Origin: Bugula neritina | Lineage: Eukaryota; Animalia; Bryozoa | Direction: 5' to 3' | DNA: 64,000 nt | NCBI GenBank assembly: GCA_964035545.1 | Contig: OZ037767.1 | Span: 259,680 to 323,679 of the forward strand | Shown here: in pieces, positions 29,301 to 42,639 of the stretch | How the letters are laid out: the number at the start of each line of letters is the position of its first letter | Position numbering within the stretch: position 1 is the stretch's first letter | Program-made: the position numbers and the translations under genes | The notes under the pieces: model-generated | Told to the model about the DNA's origin: nothing | What the model saw: only the letters and a program-made list of their open reading frames with translations | The model's database searches: none

Positions 29301-32300
29301 GTAATTCGGATGATCTACAAACAGAATACAACATAACACTGTAGATAATATAATGTGTTTCCATGACATCATTAACCAAAAGCTATAAAAGACTGCTTGA
29401 TTGGTTCACAACATGTAGCAGGGCCTATGATTGGCTGGCCTCACCTTCCTGCTGCTGCCGCTGCTGAAATCTGGTGATGTCAGCAGACAGCATCTTGGGG
29501 CTGACGCTGACTGACCTCAGGTACTTGCGGTTAGCCTGAGGCTCTGAGTCACAGCTGCCAGCTTCCAGGTTATCTTCACCGCCTAGGAGGGGTGGCAGAG
29601 GGGGCGTCCCGCACCTGGTAACAGTCAGGACACATGGGAGTTGTGTGCACTACATAGAATATGTACAACCCTTTGACTATCTGCCAACAAGGCTAGGTAT
29701 TACATTAAGACTCTTATTCCACACCTTTCATCTTGAACAGCTGCTCCATTGATATCTTCTTCAATATCACTGATGTCTACATAATCATCATCACTATTTG
29801 ACTGTTTACTTTGAATCACATGATTCGTAGAGCTCAGTCTACGAGCAGCAACTACCGGCTGAAACAAAAACATGGTTATATATAGTTACTATGTCATTAT
29901 ATATACTATGTTGTTATATACTATGTTATTATACACTATGTCATATATACTATGTTATTATATACTATGTTACTATATACTATGTTATATATACTATGTT
30001 ATATATACTATGTTATTATATACTATGTTATTATATACTATGTTATTATATACTATGTTATTATATACTATGTTACTATATACTATGCTATTATATACTA
30101 TGTTATTATATACTATGTTATTATATACTATGTTATATTTACTATGTTATATATACTATGTTATATTTACTATGTTATTATATACTATGTTATATATACT
30201 ATGTTATATATACTATATTATTATATACTATGTTATTATATACTATGTTATTATATACTATGTTATTATATACTATGTTATATATACTATGTTATATATA
30301 CTATGTTATATTTACTATGTTATTATATACTATGTTATATATACTATGTTATATATACTATGTTATTATATACTATGTTATATATACTATGTTATATATA
30401 CTATGTTATTATATACTATGTTATATATACTATGTTATATATACTATGTTATTATATACTATATTATACCATATAGTTACTATATTACATACTAACACAC
30501 CTTGGCTCTGCTAGAAAGGTTGACAGCAGGTGTGTAGTGTCTGGCAGCAGGTGTGTAGTGTCTGGCAGCCGGCATCGACACTCTACGTCTCTGAGAAGAG
30601 TCATATTTCACATCCGGAGGGATTCCTTCAGATGGCATGCGCTCAGCGGGCTTCTGCATCAGCACGTAACTTGATGACATCACAGCACACAATGTGATGA
30701 CACCACAGCACACAATGTGATGACATCACAGCACACAATGTGATGACACCACAGCACACAATGTGATGACATCACAGCACACAATGTGATGACACCACAG
30801 CACACAATATGATGACAGCACACAATGTGATGACACCACAGCACACAATATGATGGCATCACAGCACACAATGTGATGACATCACAGCACACAATGACTC
30901 ACTTGTAAATCCTGTTGGTCACCTCTTTCAGTCTGATCTTCTGCACATCTCACAGCCGTCTGATAATCTGGTAACTGGAGTCGGTTGATTTCAGTGGTGG
31001 TGGCAGACGTGTTGCTAGTGCTGCTACTACTCAGAGTGTTGGTTGGAGTACGAGAGCTGTGAGTAGTAGTACTAGTAGTAGTACTAGTACTTGTAATGGT
31101 ACCAGTAGTGACTGGCAGCGACTCCATCACCTGGCCATCATCTATCGTCTCATACAGTCCAGCAGAGGACTGCAGCTGCCTCCTCTGACTATAAGAGGAG
31201 CGAGGGGAGGAGCGAGGGGCGGAGCTAGGAGCATACAAGTCCGCCTTACCTGTCCTAGGCCGGCCCCTCATCACTCTACCAATCTGTTCAGAGTTGGTTA
31301 CTCCTGTCACTGTGTCCTGCTGCACTGCATAGCTGGCGTATACTGAGAGCTTGCTGCTGCCCGGTGTAGGAGTCATGGAGCGGGGCACGGCTCTCACCTG
31401 GTCGGTGCTAGGGTAGGAATGTAGGTTAGGAACGCTTGTATTGTATAGACTAGGGTCATGTGATGACCTTGAGTTTGGCATGGACTGAGGTTCCGTTACA
31501 CTGTATCTAGAGTGTGGGTGGGGGTACGTGTAACCCTGTAATAAACTGCAACTATATACTAACTCAAGAGCCAGTCACAGGATGTTGTTAGGAGGAGACA
31601 ACCAATCAGCACCTCTGAAACACTGCGAGAGTATACAAACTGACTAGTAGGAAACAACACAATGTAATCACCTGCTTTCCAGGAGAGTATCTGCTCTGAC
31701 TGCTCAGGCTTCTTCCCTGCTGCTGTGTCTGCACATTTGAGTCATAGAGCTGTCTACCCCTACACTGCTGCTGCTGCTGCTGCTGAAGTCTGGTGTAGTT
31801 ACTATCAACTCTCTTGTCTAAAGAGTCCTCATTGTTACTGTGAGGACTGGCAGCTGAGTCACTGTCCCCAGATGGTTGACCCCGACAGAGGTCACTCGGC
31901 AGCTGACGAGTAGATGACTCATTCACTACGACTTCCTGTAATACCAGTACTACTCACTACCAGTACTACACACTACCAGTACTACTCACTACCAGTACTA
32001 CTCACTACTAGTACTACTCACTACCAGTACTACTCACTACTAGTACCACTCACCTGTTCTCCGCTATCTACGTTAACAGACGGCGTATCATCCTGCAATA
32101 TCCTCTTCAGTCTGTCTGATATGCTGTCAGTCTCTGATGACCTGCTCTGTAATTCAGTATATTATATGATGTATTATATTATATATTATAGTATATTATG
32201 TGATGTATTATATTATATATTATAGCATATTATATGATGTATTATAGTATATAATGTATTATATTATATATTATAGCATATTATATGATGTATTATATTA

Positions 32301-35300
32301 TATATTATAGTATCTTATGTGATGTATTATATTATATATTATAGCATATTATATGATGTATTATAGTATATTATATGATGTACTATATTATATATTATAG
32401 TATCTTATGTGATGTATTATATTATATATTATAGCATATTATATGATGTATTATAGTATATAATATGATGTATTATATTATATATTATAGTATATTATAT
32501 GATGTATTATATTATATATTATAGTATCTTATTTGATAGCCAACACAAGATACATCCTCTGGGAATGTAATGTTAGAGCAGAAGTTAGTCTACCACCTCA
32601 AGGAACTTCTTATTACCTGAGGAGTTGCCCTCTCTCTACTGAGACTGCGCGCTCTAAGAGAAGTGGCTGTAGATCTCATTGTTTCTACACCAGTGAGCTC
32701 TTCGGACTTCTACCAACAACAGATGTAAAGTATCACAATATTCAGTATATTCAAGTCTTCCATTAGAATTGTAAATGCATACAAGCTGAAGGTTTAGTCT
32801 AATAGCAAAACTCTTTACCTTTTGATTTCTCTGTTCAAAAAAATTCTTTAGGCCAGAGAGGAATAGAATGAGTGCTTTTAGGTCTCCATTAACTATATCT
32901 GCAGTAGTAGAGGTCAATGGAAATATAATATATCTCTCAGCTTATTGATGTCTACGTAGTTACCATGGTTACCATGGATATTACTTCAACCATACTGCCT
33001 CACTAGAAACCTTAGTTTATATAACTAGAAGTTGTCTGCTCTATAGAATATATACAACTATACGAGAGTAGATAAGCGAATAGTTATTAGCATACTATTA
33101 CTATAATACTATTACTGTAATACTATCACTATTATACTATTGATGATTCACCCAACAGCTTCATCCTTCTCTATACTGAAAGACTCAACTTTTAAAGGAG
33201 CAAACAACTCCCTGGTCAATAATATATTGTTTGAATCCACAGCGTTCAATGATACTGGAACTTACAAGGTATATTGCAGACATAAATATACCGTTGATGA
33301 CCTATATATAAATATTGCTGATGACCTATATATAAATATTGCTGATGACCTATATATAAATATTGCTGATGACCTATATATAAATATTGCTGATGACCTA
33401 TATATAAATATTGCTGATGACCTATATATAAATATTGCTGATGACCTATATATAAATATTGCTGATGACCTATATATAAATATTGCTGATGACCTATATA
33501 TAAATATTGCTGATGGCCTATATATAAATATTGCTGATGGCCTATATATAAATATTGCTGATGGCCTATATATAACTTGTGTGTGAAGAAGGTGTGAGTG
33601 GATGACAATAGAATACCAGACATGTTTCTATCTATTGTATAAGAATAGTGAAATAAGTACTATGAGCAGTGAGAGAGTGCAAGATGCTATCAGCACAAGG
33701 AGTGTATACAGTGTATACAGTGTAGACAGTGTATACAGTGTATACACTGTCTACACTGTATACAGTGTATATAGTGTATATAGTGTATACAGTGTATATA
33801 GTGTATATAGTGTATATAGTGTATACAGTGTATATAGTGTATACACTGTATACACTGTCTACACTATATACACTATATACACTATATACACTGTATACAC
33901 TATATACACTGTATACACTATATACACTGTATACACTGTATACACTATATACACTATATACAGTGTATACAGTGTAGACAGTGTATACAGTGTATATAGT
34001 GTATACACTGTATATAGTGTATATAGTGTATATAGTGTATACAGTGTATATAGTGTATATAGTGTATACACTATATACACTATATACTATATACACTGTA
34101 TACACTATATACACTATATACACTATATACAGTGTATACAGTGTAGACAGTGTATACAGTGTATATAGTGTATACACTGTATATAGTGTATATAGTGTAT
34201 ATAGTGTATACAGTGTATAGTGTATACAGTGTATATAGTGTATACACTGTATACACTGTCTACACTATATACACTATATACACTATATACACTGTATACA
34301 CTGTCTACACTATATACACTATATACACTGTATACACTATATACACTATATACAGTGTAGACAGTGTATACAGTGTATATAGTGTATACACTGTATATAG
34401 TGTATATAGTGTATATAGTGTATATAGTGTATACAGTGTATATAGTGTATATAGTGTATACAGTGTATATAGTATATAGTGTATATAGTGTATACACTAT
34501 ATACACTATATACACTGTCTACACTATATACACTATATACACTATATACACTATATACACTGTATACACTATATACACTGTATACACTATATACACTATA
34601 TACACTATATACAGTGTATACAGTGTAGACAGTGTATACAGTGTATATAGTGTATACACTGTATATAGTGTATATAGTGTATATAGTGTATACAGTGTAT
34701 AGTGTATACAGTGTATACACTATATACACTATATACACTATATACAGTGTATACACTATATACACTATATACACTATATACACTGTATACACTATATACA
34801 CTATATACAGTGTATACAGTGTAGACAGTGTATACAGTGTATATAGTGTATACACTGTATATAGTGTATATAGTGTATACAGTGTATATAGTGTATATAG
34901 TGTATACACTATATACACTATATACACTGTATACACTATATACACTATATACACTATATACACTATATACACTATATACAGTGTATACAGTGTAGACAGT
35001 GTATACAGTGTATACACTATACACACTGTATACACTATACACTGTATACACTATATACACTATATACAGTGTAGACAGTGTATACACTGTATACACTATA
35101 TACACTGTATACACTATATACACTATATACACTATATACACTGTATACACTGTCTACACTATATACACTATATACACTGTATACAGTGTATATAGTGTAG
35201 ACAGTGTATACAGTGTAGACAGTGTATACAGTGTATATAGTGTATACACTGTATATAGTGTATATAGTGTATATAGTGTATACAGTGTATATAGTGTATA

Positions 35301-37875
35301 TAGTGTATACACTATATACACTATATACTATATACACTGTATACACTATATACACTATATACACTATATACAGTGTATACAGTGTAGACAGTGTATACAG
35401 TGTATATAGTGTATACACTGTATATAGTGTATATAGTGTATACAGTGTATAGTGTATACAGTGTGTATAGTGTATATAGTGTATATAGTGTATATAGTGT
35501 AGAGAATATAAAATAGTGAAACTTACCTGATGCAGAGACTTCTGGGCAGGTGTAGCCCAGGTTGTTCAGGTGCTGCAAGCAAGTGCGGACTCTCTCAAAC
35601 TGCCCTTGCTGACTCCTTATCTCGTAGTCGTGCACCTCAAAGTCCTCGGCTAGAAATAAGGACGTGCTGTACTCAGATACTATGAGGCAGTTGGTATCCA
35701 GTCATATAACAGCTAACAGCGCTGCCGCTACTGACCCACTCGTGCCCGCAGTAAAACTACCCCTCAGAGTTTGCATGAAGTAAGTAGAGAGGCTGGTGAA
35801 ACACAGTAGCTAATATATATGTATGAAGTAAATAGGGGCTGGTAGCTAATATATAACACAGTCAATTGAATAGATTACAATGCTTGTGGAGTCTTGCATT
35901 ATACTATCCCAACTTTTATCAGAGCTGCACAATGCACCGGGCTGAGAGTTAGATTGAAAAATAAACAATTAGTTAATGGAAAACTTGATTAGTGCACACA
36001 ATAATCATATACACAGAGAGTGTGATTATGGGCAATGTAGCCAAGTGTAGCTAGCTGATGTATACAATCACCTGCATACAATCACCTGTATATACAGCCA
36101 CGTAACATTGTTGACTTAACTAATATATATATTATACCAGCTTCTGTTGTTCTAATATTGTTTATATTATTAAAATTAATGAACCAAAAGGTAGAGGTGC
36201 CTGCAGAGTGGAAATAAAGAGCAGCTATTTATATTAAAAACCAACACATTACAGAAGCTGCTGTAGACTGAAAACTTACACAGGGCACTGAGCAGTAGGG
36301 GCAGGGTATACCCGTCACTAATAGACTTTTTAAGATCAGCTTCCAACGTCTTTCCTCTGGTTTGAAGGACAGAGTTTACCCAAGTGGTCAGCTCCTGCAA
36401 TACGTCATAAGATAGATACTGTAGCGTCACACAACACTCTGGTAGAAATTAGTTTGTTAGCTTATTATCACATAATGTTTCAGTCAGCAGTTGATTAAAA
36501 ATACTTAAATGAAGTTCTACAAGAGAAATATAATTACAACTTATTTAGCTACAAAAATATAAATTCAACTAAAAATTAAATTTGAATTTGGCTGAGCCAC
36601 ACAAGTGCTTTGCTTGTGACTTTACTACAGGGTACTGACTTGACTACAGAGTACTGATTTGACTACAGAGTACTGACTTTACTACAGGGTACTGACTTGA
36701 CTACAGAGTACTGACTTGACTACAGAGTACTGACTTGACTGCAGAGTACTGACTTGACTACAGAGTACTGACTTGACTACAGAGTACTGATTTGACTACA
36801 GAGTACTGACTTTACTACAGGGTACTGACTTGACTACAGAGTACTGACTTGACTACAGAGTACTGACTTGACTGCAGAGTACTGACTTGACTACAGAGTA
36901 CTGACTTGACTACAGAGTGCTGACTTGACTACAGAGTACTGACTTGACTACTGAGTGCTGACTTTACCTGAGTGCTCCAAGAAAGAGGTTGAGTTGATGA
37001 CATTTTGCTGCCGCAATGACAGAGTATAAACTAGAGAAAGTGAGCTTATCTATGTCAGCATAACAACGGTAGGTAGACTTAGAGGTGATAAACTGTGAAC
37101 AGGTGCAAAGTACTTGAGATACAATGTGCTCAGACTAAACAGTCAGCTCTCAGACTAAACAGTCAACTCTGTCTACAGCTTTCAGACTAAACACGGTCAG
37201 CTCTGTCTACAGCTCTCAGACTAGACAGTCAGCTCTGTCTACAGCTCTCAGACTACACAGTCAACTCTGTCTACAGCTCTCAGACTACACGGTCAGCTCT
37301 GTCTACAGCTCTCAGACTAGACAGTCAGCTCTGTCTACAGCTCTCAGACTACACAGTCAACTCTGTCTACAGCTCTCAGACTAGACAGTCAGCTCTGTCT
37401 ACAGCTCTCAGACTACACAGTCAACTCTGTCTACAGCTTTCAGACTAACCTCACACTGGCCTAAGGCCCAGCGTCTGTCTATCTCCACAATAGGGGTGCC
37501 TCTCCTAGCACTACGCGGAGATTTGGCCACCAGTCTCACGCCATTCTGCCGAACTCTCAAGGCTTGTGATGAAACCAGAGCCATTCTTTCGTCTGTACAG
37601 CTGGCCTCGCTTTCAGCCTGAGCAGTTGTGTCGATGTCTTTGCTTTTCAACACAGGGTTGTGACGAACGCTCGTGGAATTAGAGAGCTCACAACTCCCAG
37701 TTAGCTTGTCAGTAGAAATCTCAAGCTTATTGGGAATCATTTCAATGAGCTCTCGGCTTTCTTGCACTTGATATGAAGGTTTATGTTGACAAACATCTGG
37801 TATGATGAGCTGAGAAGTCAAATGATGTGCCTTGGTGAGTTCACCAGCTTTATTGCTATACAGCAATACTTCCAT
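14319..37875 (-). CDS. Multi-exon scaffold protein: N-terminal calponin-homology (CH) domain, long S/Q/P-rich region, coiled coil, C-terminal SAM domain
   Basis: Approximate exons: 37450-37875, 36968-37031, 36280-36394 (ELTTWVNSVLQTRGKTLEADLKKSISDGYTLPLLLSAL), 35527-35649 (FERVRTCLQHL), 32819-32898 (DIVNGDLKALILFLSGLKNFF; these three make the CH domain), further exons near 32620, 32100, 31800, 31200, 30570, 29780, 29530, 29270 and 28420, then 26695-26883, 25539-25826 (AINKRFLRLESHISTIARSISFLSSEV...KISKLTK), 16711-16768 (FFGQEPPLMKMFLKELGYE) and 14319-14537 (KYLPIFEGEKIGVMELPYMSEERLLELGLPLGPCIRILKEV, SAM). Middle exon boundaries were not all phase-checked. Confidence 0.75.
14560..15610. repeat. 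22 bp minisatellite (aacacagagtactactcaac[a/g]t)
   Basis: About 45 copies beside the last splice acceptor of the CH-SAM gene. Confidence 0.95.
17560..17985. repeat. ~33 bp AT-rich minisatellite (cagaaagaataatatatatagataatatattaca)
   Basis: Tandem repeat. Confidence 0.9.
18405..20433. mobile_element. Foldback (Mutator/MULE-like) non-autonomous element with ~890 bp inverted arms
   Basis: 18405-~19296 is the near-perfect reverse complement of ~19547-20433. Subterminal 16 bp tandem units (tccgaaggtccattag, about 5 copies) sit at both ends. Termini are GGgGAC.../...GTCaCC, with a 9 bp TSD CAACACACC at 18396-18404 and 20434-20442. Confidence 0.88.
20434..20772. repeat. 28 bp minisatellite (caacacaccaacatactaatatacaata)
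   Basis: About 12 copies starting exactly at the foldback TSD. Confidence 0.9.
22033..22810. repeat. 22 bp minisatellite (cccactcagggggttacagtgt) interrupted by a MITE
   Basis: The array runs 22033-22258 and resumes at 22772. Confidence 0.9.
22259..22771. mobile_element. MITE (~513 bp), possibly MULE-like
   Basis: TIRs GGTGTCA..CCAGATAGA.GCTTCCCAG / CTGGGAAGC.TCTATCTGG..TGACACC. Flanks gtcccaact and gtcccactc form an imperfect ~9 bp TSD. Confidence 0.75.
23399..24562. mobile_element. hAT-like non-autonomous element with (gtaatt)n subterminal repeats
   Basis: TIR CAGGGTTGGGGT...ACCCCAACCCTG; apparent 6 bp duplication GTATAG on both flanks. Confidence 0.8.
23660..24304. mobile_element. Nested MITE inside the hAT-like element
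   Basis: TIR GGGTCATTCCAT.CCA / TGG.ATGGAATGACTC with extended imperfect internal inverted arms; 7 bp TSD TATAGTA at 23653-23659 and 24305-24311. Confidence 0.75.
25850..26192. repeat. 37 bp minisatellite (tatagagtagaatgtgtatagggtattgtatatactg)
   Basis: About 9 copies next to the acceptor at 25827. Confidence 0.9.
26350..26666. repeat. 15 bp minisatellite (agagctcagtgg[ct/tg/ca]t)
   Basis: About 21 copies; source of the PLSS ORF. Confidence 0.92.
26895..27028. repeat. ~37 bp minisatellite (gtacacgtagtggctagctgcagatgacattgtcagg)
   Basis: About 3.5 copies just upstream of the acceptor at 26884. Confidence 0.85.
28555..29222. repeat. ~35-37 bp minisatellite (actctctctcatatgtatactcaggggagataactac)
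   Basis: About 18 copies filling most of one intron. Confidence 0.92.
29885..30475. repeat. 14-15 bp minisatellite (tatactatgttatta)
   Basis: Fills an intron; source of the MLLYT/CYYIL ORFs. Confidence 0.92.
30672..30897. repeat. 23 bp minisatellite (tgatgacatcacagcacacaatg)
   Basis: Fills nearly a whole intron. Confidence 0.9.
32155..32535. repeat. AT-rich degenerate minisatellite
   Basis: Repeated tatgatgtattatattatatattatag units. Confidence 0.8.
33293..33575. repeat. 24 bp minisatellite (gctgatgacctatatataaatatt)
   Basis: About 11 copies; source of the ADDLYINI ORF. Confidence 0.92.
33700..35500. repeat. 9 bp satellite present in both orientations (tatacact[a/g] and [c/t]agtgtata)
   Basis: Alternating blocks of the unit and its reverse complement over 1.8 kb. 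Confidence 0.92.
36616..36967. repeat. 19 bp minisatellite (gactacagagtactgactt)
   Basis: About 18 copies abutting a splice donor. Confidence 0.92.
37128..37448. repeat. 32 bp minisatellite (ctctcagacta[g/c]acagtca[g/a]ctctgtctacag)
   Basis: About 9 copies abutting a splice donor. Confidence 0.9.
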
Positions 37876-37999
37876 GATGGGAATTATTAGGAGTTATCTT
37901 TCCAGTGGTAATGAATAATAACTACACCTGAAAAATAGTCATATTCAAATAATTATTTAAATACCTATCTTACCTATAGTATTAAATTAAAATTATGTG

Positions 38000-38460
38000 T
38001 AGTATATAGTAGAGAGTATACAAGTATATATTAGAGAGTATACAAGTATATAGTAGAGAGTATACAAGTATATAGTAGAGAGTATACAAGTATATAGTAG
38101 AGAGTATACGAGTATATAGTAGAGGGTATACGAGTATTTAGTAGAGAGTATACAAGTATATAGTAGAGAGTATACAAGTATATAGTAGAGAGTATACAAG
38201 TATATAGTAGAGAGTATACAAGTATATAGTAGAGAGTATACAAGTATATAGTAGAGAGTATAGTATATAGTAGAGAGTATATAGTTAGTAGAGAGTATAT
38301 AGTAGAGAGTATACAAGTATATAGTAGAGAGTATACAAGTATATAGTAGAGAGTATACAAGTATATAGTAGAGAGTATACAAGTATATAGTAGAGAGTAT
38401 ACAAGTATATAGTAGAGAGTATACAAGTATATAGTAGAGAGTATACAAGTATATAGTGTA
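38000..38460. repeat. 21 bp minisatellite (agtatatagtagagagtatac[a])
   Basis: Tandem repeat. Confidence 0.92.
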
Positions 38461-38684
38461 AACATACAACTAAAAATAGACCAAAGTATTCAAGTAGAAT
38501 TTAAACAGACTATTAAAGAGAGATAAACAGAGACTGGAATGTGTTGATCAACTAACAAGACTACAACCATACATATAGTAGACAACATATAGTAGACAAC
38601 GTATAGTAGACAACGTATACTGCTATGGGGGGGGGGGGGGGGGGGTGATGGTGAAAGGTGGTGCTACATAATATAGTAGACAAT

Positions 38685-39340
38685 CACGGGCTTTCCATGT
38701 ATCGATCTGAGAAATGTGCACAGATCGATCGTTTTTCCATGAGAGAGTCAGATCGATCTCGAGAAGTTGCTTCCTCTTAAGTGAAGGGTACTTTAAAAGT
38801 ATAATTTGTTCACCTATTTGAGTGATTAAAGCTACTACTGTTGAAAACAAGATTGTCGTAGTCTAAAATTTAATCCCAGCTATAAACTATACGCAGCAAA
38901 GCTTTCAGTGTATGGTAATTTGGTCAATTTAAAATAATTAATTTTAATTTTTTAGCTCGACAGCTTATGTAAAATTAATGGCTGTCTTGCAGATTATTAA
39001 TAAACTTACAGGACTGTTAGGCTTAAAATTACAAAGAAAATAGCTAATGAAACTAAGTTTTAATAGTCATTTAAAATCAGTTTAAATTATCCCATTTTTT
39101 TACCTTCTACTGCATATAATTGAGTTTTCTTAATCATTGTACTGAAAGTCAGAGTTTTGGCATCTGAAAAGGTGGCTATCATAATTATTTAATACTTTGC
39201 TTAGTAATTATCAACAAGTTATCATTTTTATTAGCAGACAACATTGTAGCCGCAGTCTTTTTCTACTTCTCAGATCGATCTTTAGCGTCTTTCCATGGAT
39301 CGCTGAGATCGATCTGAGATCGGTCCATGGAAAGCCGGTG
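38685..39340. mobile_element. CMC/EnSpm-like MITE (~656 bp)
   Basis: TIR CAC(G/C)GGCTTTCCATG with subterminal (a)gatcgatct motifs and a 2 bp TSD AT. It is inserted in a ~45 bp repeat (gctatggtgaaaggtggtgctacatatagtagacaa). Confidence 0.72.
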
Positions 39341-39934
39341 ATTGTATACTGCTATGGTAAAAGGTGGTGCTACATATAGTAGACAACTTATACTGCTATG
39401 GTGAAAGGTGGTGCTACATATAACAAGTGGATACTATATTAAGTAAATAGTATGACAGGAAATACTGCCATATGTGTATGTAGTGTACTCAGGAAATACT
39501 AGAATAACATAGCAGGACTTATATTTCAATAGCAAATAATCCTATAGCAGCTGTAGAATGTGATACTACATATAATTCTATAATAATATAATAATACATT
39601 AATATAATAATGTCGTATAAAATAACCCTGGGCAACATGTGTCATTGTTGTTGAAAGGAGAAGAGAAGTTGGTATAATATGCTAAATAGACTCAATAGTA
39701 TTGCTACACAACAGTTGTAGAAGTTTAGTTACAGCTCAGTTTCTCAGCTCACGTTAGTATTTCATGTGAACAAGCATGTTATTATTCAAGAGAAGATAAC
39801 TGCCAACAACCATAAAATACACTGCTATATACTCTAGCCTACTACAAGAGCTATTATACTTAGTATACACAGTCCATAAACTCAACATACACCATTCAGT
39901 GTATATATATCTTCATCTAACAGATCACTTCACC

Positions 39935-40430
39935 TTACTATGAGTCAGTCACTATTGTAACTCAGTCACTAAACTAGGAATCAGTCACTATTGTAACTCA
40001 GTTATTACTATGAGTCAGTCACTATTGTAACTCAGTTATTACTATGAGTCAGTCACTATTGTAACTCAGTTATTACTATGAGTCAGTCACTATTGTAACT
40101 CAGTTATTACTATGAGTCAGTCACTATTGTAACTCAGTTATTACTATGAGTCAGTCACTATTGTAACTCAGTTATTACTATGAGTCAGTCACTATTGTAA
40201 CTCAGTTATTACTATGAGTCAGTCACTATTGTAACTCAGTTATTACTATCAGTCAGTCACTATTGTAACTCAGTTATTACTATGAGTCAGTCACTATTGT
40301 AACTCAGTTATTACTATCAGTCAGTCACTATTGTAACTCAGTTATTACTATGAGTCAGTCACTACTGTAACCCAGTCACTAAACTATGAGTAACTTCTTA
40401 TTGTAACTCATTCACTAAACTATGAGTGTG
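39935..40430. repeat. ~36 bp minisatellite (ttactatgagtcagtcactattgtaactcagtta)
   Basis: Tandem repeat. Confidence 0.9.
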
Positions 40431-40483
40431 ATTGAATTGTAAGCAAAGATTAAATAACTCAGTGCTCATGACAAACCTGTTGC

Positions 40484-40760
40484 ACAGCTATTCTATCAAC
40501 AGTATGGAAGTGTCAACAGATGAACAGCTACTGTATCAACAGTATGGAAGTGTCAACAGATGAACAGCTACTCTATCAACAGTATGGAAGTGTCAACAGA
40601 TGAACAGCTACTGTATCAACAGTATGGAAGTGTCAACAGATGAACAGCTACTCTATCAACAGTATGGAAGTGTCAACAGATGAACAGCTACTCTATCAAC
40701 AGTATGGAAGTGTCAACAGATGAACAGCTACTGTATCAACAGTATGAAGACATCAACAGG
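40484..40760. repeat. 40 bp minisatellite (cagctact[g/c]tatcaacagtatggaagtgtcaacagatgaa)
   Basis: About 7 copies. Confidence 0.9.
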
Positions 40761-41519
40761 TTTCACAGCATAGTATACCATCTAATTATTGCAATGTGTT
40801 CCAAGTAAACACATTGTTTGCTTGTGTCATTGTAGTTCGAAGTTTCTATATTATAGTATAATTATATTTCTACAATAATTTATGATAGTTATACTGTAGT
40901 TTGATGCATGTGTCACTAATATTGATTGCTTACTGAGCAAATGATAGTTTGTTGTTAGAGATAATTATATCAAATCAGAATGATACAGCAGAGCAGTCCC
41001 CCTGCGAAATGTCTATGCTGCATGTAGAAGAAGTTGCGCACATATCTCTATAGAGTATACCATAAAACACAACACGCCCCCTGTCTACCATTCAGTGTAT
41101 ATAGAGAGCTATACATATTTACTACAAACTTATTTAGTCCTCAAACTTTTGCTTCACAGCAGCCAAACATTACAAATAGTCTTAGAAGAAAAAATTTACT
41201 ACTAACCAAAGGAATAACTGAATACAATCTATAGTGCATGTTGAGGTAGAGTACTTACAGTTACGGTGAGTGTGAGTTGTGAGTAGTACTGAGTAGTGGT
41301 GTAAGTACTGGGTAGTAGTGTAAGTACTAGGTAGTGGTAGTCCAGCAGAGAGAAAGTCAGCAGACTGTTATCAAGTCAGCAGGTCAAATGCATAAAGATA
41401 AGATCAAACCACTCATTTATCAATTACTATTTCTAAACTATGTAAACAGTAGAATAATAACATGGAGAAGACAACTGCCTGCATGATCACCAACACACCA
41501 TTCTCTTGATACAATACAA

Positions 41520-42006
41520 TATATACATAATATATACATAACATATACATAACATATACATAACATACACAGAACATATACATAACATACACATAACATA
41601 TACATAACATACACATAACATATGCATAACATACACATAACACACACAGAACATATACATAACATACACATAACATATACATAACATACACATAACATAT
41701 ACATAACATACACATAACATACACATAACATATACATAACATATACATAACATATACATAGCATATACATAACATACACATAACATACACATAACACACA
41801 CAGAACATACACAGAACATATACATAACATATACATAACATATACATAACATACACATAACATACACATAACATATACATAACATACACATAACATATAC
41901 ATAACATACACATAACACACACAGAACATACACAGAACATATACATAACATATACATAACATATACATAACATACACATAACATACACATAACATATACA
42001 TAACAC
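41520..42006. repeat. 11 bp minisatellite (acataacata[t/c])
   Basis: Tandem repeat; source of the CYVYVM ORFs. Confidence 0.92.
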
Positions 42007-42639
42007 AAGTGTATTTTTGTTGGAGCAAGCGATGCCATTCAGACTGAAAGGATACATTACACCTATCTGTCGCATTCTTTTGCAATAATGAAACCATTTT
42101 TATCTTAAAAACTAAAGAGTAGGATAAATAAACTTCAATTATCCCTTCTTGGCATTTTTGTACCTTCATGTCGAATCTTACAATGCAACAATCCCCCACA
42201 AAATAGCATGTTAAATTAGCATAGAGCACAAGCGCAGTACAGAGTGAGCACTCTGGCTACATATCCCAGAAACCTTACTTAATGTACACAATAAATATTC
42301 AGGAGGAGGTAATTATAGTACATTGTCCGAGCTAACAGGTAATTATGGTGCTATGAGTTGGTACTATTCACCTAATTATCCTTTAATAAGGAAGACTACA
42401 GTTGCTGTGTGTTATTGTCTGGTGACTGAGGTGGTAACCAAGGTAACATGTAAACATAGTTCATACTGTGACAGGGCTGGTAGCTATGGTAATATAGTTC
42501 ATACTGTGACAGGGCTGGTAGCTATGGTAACATGTACTTAAAGCTGGACTAGATTCGCCATATATATGGTGAATGAAATTTAAATCTGCCAACAAATATT
42601 TACACAAAATATAAAAGAGAGGTGACACTGGGTACTCTA

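Noticed and set aside
33150-33255. Exon-like segment within the CH domain intron
   Set aside because: Splice phases do not fit the flanking phase-1 junction.
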